Source: Candidatus Omnitrophota bacterium (lineage in GTDB: Bacteria; Omnitrophota; Gorgyraeia; Zapsychrales; Fredricksoniimonadaceae). From it: a DNA stretch of 64,000 nt. The stretch covers positions 209,138 to 273,137 of the forward strand of contig JADFXH010000001.1 of the NCBI GenBank assembly GCA_015233675.1. The letters run 5' to 3'. Under the pieces are notes generated by a model, which ran no database searches, was not told the DNA's origin, and was given only the letters and a program-made list of their open reading frames with translations. The position numbers and the translations under genes are program-made. This document shows, piece by piece, positions 8,757-17,980 of the stretch. Position 1 is the first letter of the stretch; the number at the start of each line of letters is the position of its first letter.

Positions 8757-9518
8757 TTAAAGCAGCATCATTAAGGATATCATGCGTCCGGTTTTTGCGC
8801 CGTCTCGTCGAAATGAAAAATAGTTTCTATTACAACAAGTGCATATTGCGCAATCAAGAATATTCTCCTTGAGCAGACCCAACTGCAGCAATTGATCACG
8901 GTTGGCAATTGGCATGTCTAGATATAAACAACTTCCTCGATTTCGAACGTATAAAGGAAAGTAATCACGAAATTCCTCACCCACCTGATAACAACACTCA
9001 CGGATGCAAGGACCCAAAACAACTTGTAATTCAGAAAATTTGCTGGCGTATTTCTCATGCATTCTTTGTGCGGTCTTAGCGGCAATTGCCTTGTAAGTCC
9101 CCTTCCATCCGGCATGGACCAGGCCTATGGCACGGTGACGCGGGTCAAAAATAAAAACCGGCACGCAATCTGCAGTGCGTATGGCAATCGGCAAATTCTT
9201 TTCATCCGTTACATAAGCATCCGCATCCCCACAACCCTTATAGACCCCAGCGTTGAAAATTCCCGCTGCAGCCTGCCCCCGAATGTTCTTATCGGAGATA
9301 GGAATGACAAAGGATTTATGCGCTTCAAGAATATCATCTCCGTGGATTTGTTTGCGCCAGAATACTTGAGGCATGTCAATTTTGCAATGCTCCCACAAAT
9401 ACGCACGCTGTACGGACGTCAAAGGACTGTCAAAATCAACCGGAGTAAAATCAATTGAGGCGTCACTTGTTAATGCGAGCACGCCTGTATCCTTAAAATA
9501 TATCTCAGGATGCATCAA
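8757..9518 (-). CDS. pgeF: Peptidoglycan editing factor PgeF (YfiH/laccase-like)
   Basis: QIHG, DADAYVT, RTADCVPV, HAGWKG, GPCIRECCYQV, CTCC..YFSFRR. Confidence 0.95.
   Translation of the reverse strand: MMHPEIYFKDTGVLALTSDASIDFTPVDFDSPLTSVQRAYLWEHCKIDMPQVFWRKQIHGDDILEAHKSFVIPISDKNIRGQAAAGIFNAGVYKGCGDADAYVTDEKNLPIAIRTADCVPVFIFDPRHRAIGLVHAGWKGTYKAIAAKTAQRMHEKYASKFSELQVVLGPCIRECCYQVGEEFRDYFPLYVRNRGSCLYLDMPIANRDQLLQLGLLKENILDCAICTCCNRNYFSFRRDGAKTGRMISLMMLL
9259..9309 (-). repeat. Palindromic element inserted in frame in pgeF
   Basis: TGTCATTCCTATCTCCGATAAGAACATTCGGGGGCAGGCTGCAGCGGGAAT; head and tail match the 5093 element. Confidence 0.7.
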
Positions 9519-10617
9519 TCAAATCCTTGGTCACAACCGCTTCGGCATCCAGACCCGAGGGAATTTTGTGCCCTTTTTTGTGGTCCTCAATGCGCTGGAT
9601 CTTGCCGTCTAATTTTTTAAAACTTTTCTCAGAAATATCCGCGTACTGACCGCTGAGCTTGTCGACCAAACTTCCCAAATCTACAAAGCGGGTTTTAAAT
9701 AATTCATAATCCTTGGCAAAGCCCTCGATGAGCTCAATGATCTTCTTGATGTCCTTTTCAAAACGGAAATGCTCATGGGCCTGGCGGACAACGCTTAACA
9801 TGGCATACAAAGTAAAAGGCGAACAAAGTACAACTTTTTGTTTAAGGGCAAAATCCATGACGTCAGGCATTTTTTCCTGAATGAGACCAAAAACCTGTTC
9901 ATTAGGGATAAACAGTAAAACAAAATCAAGGGTATTCTCTGATGGATTAATATAATCACGGTTCTGGATCTCTTTAATACGGTCTTTGACGTTTTTAATG
10001 AATTCCTTTTCGTAACTGTCTCTTTCTACGCCTTGCGCCGCATTGACCATTTGAAGATAATTATCAAGAGGAAATTTAACGTCCATATTGATGCAATGAC
10101 CCTGTGGCAAAAGAAAAGTGTAGTCTGGTTTGGTCAATGCAGCATTAACATTTTGCTTAAGATAATTGACATTTTCAATAAGTCCTGCGTAACGGATAAT
10201 ATCTTCAGCCATGCGTTCGCCCCATTGCCCGCGCAATTTGACATTGCCTAGAATATTGTTCAATTTAACTGTTGTTTCCTGAAGTTTCTGGGTAGCAATG
10301 GAAGCATTTTTAAGTTCATTCTCGAGGCTGCCAAACTTTCGGGCGTGATCCCCCTGGGACTCCCGCAGCATCTGCTGATATTTACCCAACTCTTCTTTTA
10401 ACCCTGCAACAGTGTGTTCAATGGCCTGTTTGCGCATATCAAGCTGGGAAACCGCCTGGCTCGAAGAAAGTTCCATCTGCGCTCGCGCGGTCTGCAGGAT
10501 CTGTTCTTGTGCCAGACGCATATCCTGAGTGATTTGCTTGCGCATAAAAAAAACTAAAACCACCATGGTTGCAACCAAAACAATGATACAGATGACACCT
10601 AATAGAATGACTGACAT
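9505..10617 (-). CDS. rmuC: DNA recombination protein RmuC
   Basis: RGQWGE, PDYTFLLP..MDVKFPL, LFIPNE, LCSPFTL; N-terminal TM and coiled coil. Confidence 0.95.
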   Translation of the reverse strand: MSVILLGVICIIVLVATMVVLVFFMRKQITQDMRLAQEQILQTARAQMELSSSQAVSQLDMRKQAIEHTVAGLKEELGKYQQMLRESQGDHARKFGSLENELKNASIATQKLQETTVKLNNILGNVKLRGQWGERMAEDIIRYAGLIENVNYLKQNVNAALTKPDYTFLLPQGHCINMDVKFPLDNYLQMVNAAQGVERDSYEKEFIKNVKDRIKEIQNRDYINPSENTLDFVLLFIPNEQVFGLIQEKMPDVMDFALKQKVVLCSPFTLYAMLSVVRQAHEHFRFEKDIKKIIELIEGFAKDYELFKTRFVDLGSLVDKLSGQYADISEKSFKKLDGKIQRIEDHKKGHKIPSGLDAEAVVTKDLIDAS

Positions 10618-10991
10618 GTCAATTTCTCCCATTTGACCTGTTTGCCGTCGTGGTCAAAATATATATTCACCTCATCCTTGGCAGTTCTATAAATAGCATA
10701 ACGGTAAAGCCATTGCTGAGTACCATCTCTCAAATCCTTTTTAATAATGGGATCACCGAAAGAATGGACGAATGAAGCTTCGTTTTTATACTCACTGATA
10801 CGCCCCTCTGCAATAATTTTTGTCAAAGCATCATAATGGTCATTAATAGATTTGACCAGGCGATGCTGGTTATCCTGTTCCCGTGAAAACTGCCCCAGCA
10901 GTGAAATCTGATCGATATTCTCAAAGGCACTGCAGCCGGATAGACATAAAAGTATCAACAAAAAATAGGGAATAATTTTCTTTAGTATCAT
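10599..10991 (-). CDS. Hypothetical lipoprotein
   Basis: MILKK...LLCLSGC lipobox, FGDPI...WLYRY SmpA-like motif; track start at 11054 runs through a palindrome and is probably wrong. Confidence 0.7.
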   Translation of the reverse strand: MILKKIIPYFLLILLCLSGCSAFENIDQISLLGQFSREQDNQHRLVKSINDHYDALTKIIAEGRISEYKNEASFVHSFGDPIIKKDLRDGTQQWLYRYAIYRTAKDEVNIYFDHDGKQVKWEKLTCQSFY

Positions 10992-11027
10992 ATTTGATAG
11001 TCTGTCATTTTCTTGCAAATAGCTGGT

Positions 11028-11086
11028 AGTGAGCATAGATATATTACTTTCCACAATGTGTGGAAAGTAATATATCTATGCTCACT
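11028..11086. repeat. Perfect 28-bp inverted repeat with 3-nt loop
   Basis: AGTGAGCATAGATATATTACTTTCCACA-ATG-TGTGGAAAGTAATATATCTATGCTCACT. Confidence 0.95.
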
Positions 11087-11129
11087 GCCCTATGCTCAAT
11101 TCTAAAATGAATACCTAATTAAACGAATG

Positions 11130-13073
11130 TCACTTGCTAATACGAATTTTTTCTTCTCGTAATTGATCTAAAATCACAACAATATCACGCATCCGTTTTT
11201 GGATTTCCTTAAGACGCACGCCGTACTCTTTGATCATATTGGGATCACGGCCAAAGGCATCGCTTAAAAACCGGGACTTTACATAACTTTCTGTTTCTAA
11301 TTGCTTGCTTTCAGTTTCCAAAGCCCGGCTTTCTTTTTTAATTTGTTCCAAACGCTTAAGGGCTTCGTTATGACGCTCATGCGCCTGCCTTAACTGCTGA
11401 TTTTTAATGTCTTGCGAAGAAGAGGGTGCAAATTTTTTGTTGTCCGTAACACCTTTAGACCTGTCGGCTTTCTGGCCTGATTTTTGCATCTCAATGCCTG
11501 CTTTTTTCTCCAGGTAATAATCCAGATTCCCGTGATAATTTTTAATCTCACCGGGCATGACTTCCACAATATGATTAGCGATATTCTTGACGAAAAACAA
11601 GTCATGACTGATAAAACATAAAGTCCCCTCATATTTCTGAAAACAGCTGGTCAAAGCCTCTACCCCGTCGATGTCCAAATGGGTCGTGGGCTCATCCAGG
11701 CAGATGAAATTAGGAGGATTGATCAGAAGCTTGGCTAAAATCAAGCGGCTTTTCTCTCCACCAGACAAAACACGCACGGGTTTAAAAACATCATCACCTT
11801 TAAAATTAAATACGCCCAACAGCGTGCGCGCCTGGGCCTGCGGCACACTGCGCAGTGCCGCAGACATCAATTCTTCCAAAACAGTACGGGTCGGATTTAA
11901 GACATCGAGCCTGGTCTGGGAAAAATAACCCAGATTCACCTGATGCCCAAGCTTGCGTGCCCCCGAATCAGGAGATAAAACGCCCGCGATCATTTTTAAC
12001 AGGGTCGATTTTCCGGCACCATTGGGGCCGACTAAACACAACTTCTGCCCCTTGGTGATCTCAAAATCAAGGCCTTTATAAATCTGCTTATCACCGTAAG
12101 ATTTATCAATCCCGCTCATTGTTAATACAGTGTACCCGCTTTCTTGCGTCGAAGGGAACTCAAAATCACGAATAGAATGTTTTTCCTGCGGTATGCGGAT
12201 CTCTTCTAAGCGGTCGAGCATCTTGCGTTTATTGCGCACCGCAGAAGCGCGGTTTGGCTGGGCATGAAAACGTTCAGTAAAACGCTCTAACTGCTCGCGT
12301 TTCTGCTCAACGACCTTCTGCTGTTTCTCGAGCGTACGGTTGCGTATGGTCTTGGCTTCTTCATACGCTTCGTAATTACCCTTGACCTTGGTCATTTTAG
12401 CATCTTCCAGAATGATAGTGTAATTCGTCACATCATTAAGAAAAATTTTATCATGCGATATGATAATAAAAGTCCCGTCATAATTTGCCAGATAACCTTT
12501 AAGCCATATGGTCGCATCCAAATCCAGATAGTTGGTCGGCTCATCAAGCAGGATCAGATCATATTTGTAAGTCAAAAGTTTGGCCAATTGGGTGCGCATC
12601 TGCCATCCCCCGGAAAGATGGGCAATTGGCTTATGAAATTCTTGTTCTTTAAAGCCTAAGCCTGTAAGGATTTTTTCAGCCTTATGTTCCAGCTCATAAA
12701 TCCCCTTATGCTCCAATTGCTCCATAATATCCCCATAACGCGGGCTGTCTGCTTTATGCTCGTCTTCCAGATGGTGTTTTTCTTCTAGCAAACGGCGAAT
12801 CTCTTCATCTCCGCTTGTCATCTCTTCCATAACCGTGCGGTCAGAAGCATATTTAGCTTCCTGGGCCAGGTATCCGATATTAAGCCCCTTTTGGACCTGC
12901 ACACCACCCGACGATGGTTCCATCTGCCCTAAAATAATTTGAAACAGGGTAGATTTACCGGCGCCATTGGGGCCCGTCAAACCGATACGCTCATTGGGAA
13001 AAATACTTAAGGACACATTTTCCAAAAGCATACGTTCATCAAAATTCTTGGATAAATTGGTAATAGTGATCAT
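11130..13073 (-). CDS. ABC-F family ATP-binding protein
   Basis: Two ABC cassettes (GPNGAGKS twice, LSGGW/LSGGE, LDEPT), no TM, C-terminal coiled coil. Confidence 0.95.
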   Translation of the reverse strand: MITITNLSKNFDERMLLENVSLSIFPNERIGLTGPNGAGKSTLFQIILGQMEPSSGGVQVQKGLNIGYLAQEAKYASDRTVMEEMTSGDEEIRRLLEEKHHLEDEHKADSPRYGDIMEQLEHKGIYELEHKAEKILTGLGFKEQEFHKPIAHLSGGWQMRTQLAKLLTYKYDLILLDEPTNYLDLDATIWLKGYLANYDGTFIIISHDKIFLNDVTNYTIILEDAKMTKVKGNYEAYEEAKTIRNRTLEKQQKVVEQKREQLERFTERFHAQPNRASAVRNKRKMLDRLEEIRIPQEKHSIRDFEFPSTQESGYTVLTMSGIDKSYGDKQIYKGLDFEITKGQKLCLVGPNGAGKSTLLKMIAGVLSPDSGARKLGHQVNLGYFSQTRLDVLNPTRTVLEELMSAALRSVPQAQARTLLGVFNFKGDDVFKPVRVLSGGEKSRLILAKLLINPPNFICLDEPTTHLDIDGVEALTSCFQKYEGTLCFISHDLFFVKNIANHIVEVMPGEIKNYHGNLDYYLEKKAGIEMQKSGQKADRSKGVTDNKKFAPSSSQDIKNQQLRQAHERHNEALKRLEQIKKESRALETESKQLETESYVKSRFLSDAFGRDPNMIKEYGVRLKEIQKRMRDIVVILDQLREEKIRISK

Positions 13074-13765
13074 TTCAAAAGCCCTACTTCCTGTTTAGTT
13101 AAAATTTTCCACTGTCCTTTGGGCAAACTCCCAAGCTGCAGCTTACCTATCGACAAGCGGCATAAATACGTAACATAATGGCCGACGCTTTTGGCCATCA
13201 TGCGGATTTGACGTTTTCGACCTTCATTAAGTGTGATCTTAAATTCGGTATCCGTGCCATTATACTTAACTTCCATGATACGGCAAGGGGCAGTTTTCTT
13301 ACCTTCAACAATAACCCCTTCTTCTAGTTTGGATTGCTTAAGTTTAGTCAATTCCCCTTTGACCCGCACCAAATACGTTTTATCCGCATGAAATTTAGGA
13401 TGGGTCAAATGATACGCCAAGTCCCCGTCATTGGTCAAGAGTAAAAGCCCTTCGCTGTCGCGATCGAGCCTGCCCACCGGCGCTAAATGGCGCATGGTTG
13501 AAGGCAATAAATCCATCACTGTTTTGTCAGCGTGCAAATCATCCTTGGTAGTGGTAAAACCGGCCGGTTTATTAAGGCAGACATAGGTGTATTCCTTGGT
13601 GCCGATTTTTTGACCGTCAACCGTGATCTCTTCGCTGCCCTCCACCGGTGTGGAAGGCTCTTTGACAATAAGACCATTGACCATGACCCGCCCGGCTTGA
13701 ATAATACTCATCGCATCCCGACGGGAACAAACGCCGTTGTGTGATAAAAATACCTGTAAACGCAT
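13070..13765 (-). CDS. rluB: rRNA pseudouridine synthase, RsuA/RluB family
   Basis: S4 domain, LNKPAG, VGRLDRDSEGLLLLTNDG, EGRKRQIR. Confidence 0.9.
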   Translation of the reverse strand: MRLQVFLSHNGVCSRRDAMSIIQAGRVMVNGLIVKEPSTPVEGSEEITVDGQKIGTKEYTYVCLNKPAGFTTTKDDLHADKTVMDLLPSTMRHLAPVGRLDRDSEGLLLLTNDGDLAYHLTHPKFHADKTYLVRVKGELTKLKQSKLEEGVIVEGKKTAPCRIMEVKYNGTDTEFKITLNEGRKRQIRMMAKSVGHYVTYLCRLSIGKLQLGSLPKGQWKILTKQEVGLLK

Positions 13766-13786
13766 AAATTTTTCTACTTTCCGTCT

Positions 13787-14569
13787 TTAATTCTGTCTTT
13801 GCCGGATGGCTTCGTAAAGGATGATTGCCGCAGAGATCGACACATTCAAAGAGTCTGCCAGACCTTTCATGGGAATTTTCACTGTCATGTCCGCGGCCAG
13901 AGGCCAAAAGTCAGATAACCCTTGATCCTCACTGCCAAAAACTAACGCCCAAGCGCCTTTAAAATCTGCCTGAGTATATAATTTTGAGGCTGCGGGACTG
14001 GCCGCGCAGATCTTGATTTTTCTTGACCTTAAAAATGAAAATATTTCCTCATTCTTTTCACATACAACTGGAATTCGGAAAATGACCCCCGTGCTTGAGC
14101 GAATGACGTTAGGATTATACACATCGGTTTTAGGGTCACAGACTAATACAGCCTCAACCCCCGACCCGTCACAGGTACGTAACACAGCTCCCAAATTGCC
14201 GGGTTTTTGGAGGGATTCTAGAACTACCACCAAAGGCTCTTTGGATAATTTTAGATCCTTTAAGGTCAAAACAGGCGTCTTGGCCAATGCAATAATACCC
14301 TCATGACGCTCACCGTAAGCTAATTTTTCTAAAATCCTGTCGCTCACTTCAATAATTTCAACCTTTTTGGCTGTCAATTGTTTAAGCAAATCGGACTGTT
14401 GGCCCTTAACGTAAAATACCTTATCCAAGACAACACCAGCTTCAAACGCCCTCTTGATCTCACGGACACCATCGATGATGGTCATCCCCCTCTCACGGCG
14501 CTCACGGGCTTCGCGCAAGCCTTGAGTATCTTTGATCATCCCATTTTGTAAGCTGGTAATTTTATCCAT
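13787..14569 (-). CDS. TrmH/SpoU-family RNA methyltransferase
   Basis: KPGNLGAVLRT, FGSEDQGLS, IPMKGLADSLNVS. Confidence 0.94.
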   Translation of the reverse strand: MDKITSLQNGMIKDTQGLREARERRERGMTIIDGVREIKRAFEAGVVLDKVFYVKGQQSDLLKQLTAKKVEIIEVSDRILEKLAYGERHEGIIALAKTPVLTLKDLKLSKEPLVVVLESLQKPGNLGAVLRTCDGSGVEAVLVCDPKTDVYNPNVIRSSTGVIFRIPVVCEKNEEIFSFLRSRKIKICAASPAASKLYTQADFKGAWALVFGSEDQGLSDFWPLAADMTVKIPMKGLADSLNVSISAAIILYEAIRQRQN

Positions 14570-14571
14570 AA

Positions 14572-15180
14572 TTAATATTTGACCGAACAGCCATAGGATT
14601 TGGTAATCGCCATACTAACGGGCTCGCCGTTCATGGCGGCATCTAGTGCTGCTTTAACATAATTTTTAGCTGTTTTTACATCTGCGATATCCGCACTAGG
14701 GACATCATCAATAGCGCCTTGATAGATCAATATCCCTTTAGGATCAACCACAAACATATGCGGAGTAGTTTGGGCATCATATAAATGTCCAACCTTACCG
14801 TCTGTATCTAACAAAATTGCTGTCGGAAAAGCTCCTTTATCTTTCACAAACTGATTAAAACCTTGCGGAGTATAACTTCCTTGCTTGCCTGGAGCTGAAG
14901 AATTAATCGATAACCATATAACCCCTTTTAAAGTGTACTCTTTTTGTAATTGGGGCATGTTGCCACTATTGTAGTGTTTTTTTACAAAGGGGCAATCAGG
15001 ATTAAACCATTCCAAGACCACAAATTTGCCCTTATAATCCGACAAAGAATGTTTTTGACCGTTGCTATCTGTTAATGTGAAATCAGGAGCAGCTTGACCG
15101 TTGACCACTTGAGCCCCTGCCGACCCGCAGATCAACAACACTGCAACAACACTTATCAATACCTGTTTGATTCTAAACAT
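14572..15180 (-). CDS. Exported thioredoxin-family (AhpC/TSA) protein
   Basis: EWFNPDCPFVKKHY, TTPHMF, YQGAIDD, YGCSVKY. Confidence 0.92.
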   Translation of the reverse strand: MFRIKQVLISVVAVLLICGSAGAQVVNGQAAPDFTLTDSNGQKHSLSDYKGKFVVLEWFNPDCPFVKKHYNSGNMPQLQKEYTLKGVIWLSINSSAPGKQGSYTPQGFNQFVKDKGAFPTAILLDTDGKVGHLYDAQTTPHMFVVDPKGILIYQGAIDDVPSADIADVKTAKNYVKAALDAAMNGEPVSMAITKSYGCSVKY

Positions 15181-15225
15181 AATCCCTCCCTGTGTTTAAT
15201 ATGGTTCTGTCAAAATTCTTGCAGG

Positions 15226-17121
15226 TTATGCATGATTATTTACCCTCTCCAAAATCATTCCAGGCGTTATAATTTGTGGCAAAATTATAGGGGCATCTGC
15301 ACCCGGCGGATAATAAATATATACAGGAATACTATCCCTGTCAAATGAAGCAAGAGCCTGAGTTATAGAAGGGTCATATTTAGTCCAGTCCGCTTTAAAT
15401 GCAATGATTCCTTTATCTTTAAAAGCACGAACAACATCGGAATTTTGTAAAACAAGCCGGTCATTAACTTGGCAGTTAATGCACCATCCTGCTGTAAAAT
15501 CTATAAACACGCCGTGACCGCTGTGACGAGCCTGATTTACCGCCGTCGAAGAAAACCTTTGCCAATGCAATTCATCAGAGGATTTATAAAATTTTGAAAA
15601 ATCCACCAAGCCGGTTTGTGTCCCAACCACTCCCAAAAACCAAATAACACATACTAATAAAACAAACCCCAAAGCCCTTTTTAGATAGATCATCCACGCT
15701 CCCGGCCTGGGGGCAAAGGACAAAAGAAAAGGAAAAGCGCTTAATAAAACAAAGGGTAACGCCAATCCCAATCCTAAAAATGTAAAAATACCGAATCCGA
15801 TGATATTCGGTTGACTTATAGCTACGGCCAGCGCCGTTCCCATAAAAGGCGCGGTGCAAGGGCTGGCGACGATCGTCGTTATCACCCCGCTTATAAAGCT
15901 GGCCTTATAACCCGCTTGTCGTGTCGGTAACCCGTTAATCGAAGGAGCAGAAAATTCGAAAACACCAAAAAGATTTAATGCTAAAAAAAATAAAATCAAA
16001 GCCACGATAACAACAAAGACCGATGATTGAAACTGGAATCCCCAACCGGCAAATTGGCCGGCAGATTTTAAAATAAAAAGCAGCAAAGCCAAGGCCCACA
16101 CTGAAGCCAGAACCCCCAACGCATAGACCAATGAATGACGAAATGCTATTTTGCTATCCGGATGACGGTCAATTAAATAAAGGACTTTGATCGATAATAC
16201 CGGCAGCACACAAGGCATTAAATTAAGGATCAAACCGCCGATCAAGGCAAACAAACATGCAATGAAAAAAGGGATCCTTACAGGCACCACCTTAAGGGGA
16301 GCTTGAATGACAATGGCTTTCGTCTTTCCTTTCCCATCCCAGCCCGAAGGATTAACTGCAATACCCTCAAGGGCCTTTAAATCCACGTGATATAGATGAG
16401 ATTTAGTCATGATCAGTTGATATCCGTAGGGGACGTTGCGCGTTTCTTGAGGCGCAGCATGCTCAACAACATCATCACGAAAAGGATAAAAAATAATATC
16501 CCCTTGCCTTTTTAGCGGAGTTTGAATGTCCAGGCGCCATTGATTGCCATCAAGAGCGGCATGACTGGTAATGCAAGGGATCAGTTGGGGCAAATCCTGA
16601 CGGGTTTGATCAAATAAAGTTTTAAAACTGTTAAACTTAATATCGGAAATACTCGTCACTATCGGCTGTAAAAAATTTAGTTCAGCCTTTCCAGGAACAC
16701 ACGTGTCTTGACAGGCTAACCATTTTACACTGGCGTAAATATTTACATCTTTGGATGGCTGAAAACTCTTGTCTAGGGTAATAGGAACTAATAATAAAAC
16801 CTCATGTTCATACCCGAAACTCGTTAAAGGCCCCACATTAAGACGTTGAGGATATGGCCAATGAATATCCCCCGCATTAATACCCGATGACAAATGCCAC
16901 TTTATTTTGGGAGATAGTCCTGAGTCTCCTGGATTTTGCCAATATACATGCCAGCCATCATCAAGGATCAAATCAAGCCCGACCCAAAATGTTCCCCCTC
17001 GTACAACCGAGTTTTGTTCGCTGACAAGCCGCACATGAGTATGCGCCTGATAGACCTCTTGGGCAACAGCCAAATTAATACTCCCAAGCAAAAAGACCAG
17101 TAACCAACAAACCCTTTTCAT
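15226..17121 (-). CDS. DsbD-family protein-disulfide reductase
   Basis: GWHVYWQNPGDSG, CQDTC, LNLMPCVLPV, SPCTAPFMG, FTAGWCINC. Confidence 0.93.
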   Translation of the reverse strand: MKRVCWLLVFLLGSINLAVAQEVYQAHTHVRLVSEQNSVVRGGTFWVGLDLILDDGWHVYWQNPGDSGLSPKIKWHLSSGINAGDIHWPYPQRLNVGPLTSFGYEHEVLLLVPITLDKSFQPSKDVNIYASVKWLACQDTCVPGKAELNFLQPIVTSISDIKFNSFKTLFDQTRQDLPQLIPCITSHAALDGNQWRLDIQTPLKRQGDIIFYPFRDDVVEHAAPQETRNVPYGYQLIMTKSHLYHVDLKALEGIAVNPSGWDGKGKTKAIVIQAPLKVVPVRIPFFIACLFALIGGLILNLMPCVLPVLSIKVLYLIDRHPDSKIAFRHSLVYALGVLASVWALALLLFILKSAGQFAGWGFQFQSSVFVVIVALILFFLALNLFGVFEFSAPSINGLPTRQAGYKASFISGVITTIVASPCTAPFMGTALAVAISQPNIIGFGIFTFLGLGLALPFVLLSAFPFLLSFAPRPGAWMIYLKRALGFVLLVCVIWFLGVVGTQTGLVDFSKFYKSSDELHWQRFSSTAVNQARHSGHGVFIDFTAGWCINCQVNDRLVLQNSDVVRAFKDKGIIAFKADWTKYDPSITQALASFDRDSIPVYIYYPPGADAPIILPQIITPGMILERVNNHA

Positions 17122-17139
17122 CTACGTTCTCTCCAAATA

Positions 17140-17977
17140 GTGTCAGTTCTCCCTAACTGTATATTTATTAAATATTTATGGATTAATTGCCTTCCTTGGA
17201 CGACCCAGCCTGCGTTTTTTTGGTAGAATTGCTTCACGCTGTTTGCGAAAACTCTCTGACATATACTCACCGTTTTTTTCAAGGGTTTTTCGCACGGATT
17301 TTAGATGATCTCCATCGAGACGGCGACTCATCATTCCCTGGTACGCCAAACACCTCGCTGGTTCATCTGATCCTAATAGCTGGAACGCCGGATTCTTATT
17401 GCGATCGATCAATCTTGAATTTGCAGGATGAGCATTCAACCTGTAGCTCGAAAAGAGATAATCCCCTATATTGTTAACCATCATCGCTCGAAGAGGGTTC
17501 TGCTCAATATATTGCATGGCTGTAAAAAGATATTCATCATCACTTACTAAGGAAGAACTAAATCTCCCTTGCCATACATGCCCACTGCTTTTATATTTAA
17601 AGTTATACCAGCGATTATACGCCACAGTCAAGCTCTGCATGATTTTGCTGACCGTCCCCCACTCGCTTACCCGCAATAGAAGATGGACATGGTTTGTCAT
17701 CAAACAAAACGCATATAATTGAAACTTATATTTTTTTTTATAATGATAAAGGCAACGAAGATAATGCCGCTGATCAGCTGACTCTAAAAATATTGCCTGT
17801 CGATTATTCCCCCGGTTGATGATGTGATAAATTGCCCCTGGATAATGCAACCTATGATCTCGTCCCATAAACGCTCCTGCATTTTGCTATTCGCAGGGGA
17901 CGAATATAGTGAATTTAACATTAACTTATTGTACTTCAATAGGTTGGGGAGAACTGACACCTATTAGACACCTATTA
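17140..17977. mobile_element. RAYT-type element bounded by inverted repeats
   Basis: GTGTCAGTTCTCCC (17140-17153) and its complement GGGAGAACTGACAC (17947-17960) flank the transposase; tandem GACACCTATTA x2 at 17956-17977. Confidence 0.75.
17176..17868 (-). CDS. REP-associated tyrosine transposase (IS200/Y1 HUH family)
   Basis: YHIINRGNNRQAIF, CLMTNHVHLL (HUH), GHVWQGRF, YIEQNPLRA, C-terminal GRPRK. Confidence 0.93.
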   Translation of the reverse strand: MGRDHRLHYPGAIYHIINRGNNRQAIFLESADQRHYLRCLYHYKKKYKFQLYAFCLMTNHVHLLLRVSEWGTVSKIMQSLTVAYNRWYNFKYKSSGHVWQGRFSSSLVSDDEYLFTAMQYIEQNPLRAMMVNNIGDYLFSSYRLNAHPANSRLIDRNKNPAFQLLGSDEPARCLAYQGMMSRRLDGDHLKSVRKTLEKNGEYMSESFRKQREAILPKKRRLGRPRKAINP

Positions 17978-17980
17978 AAA

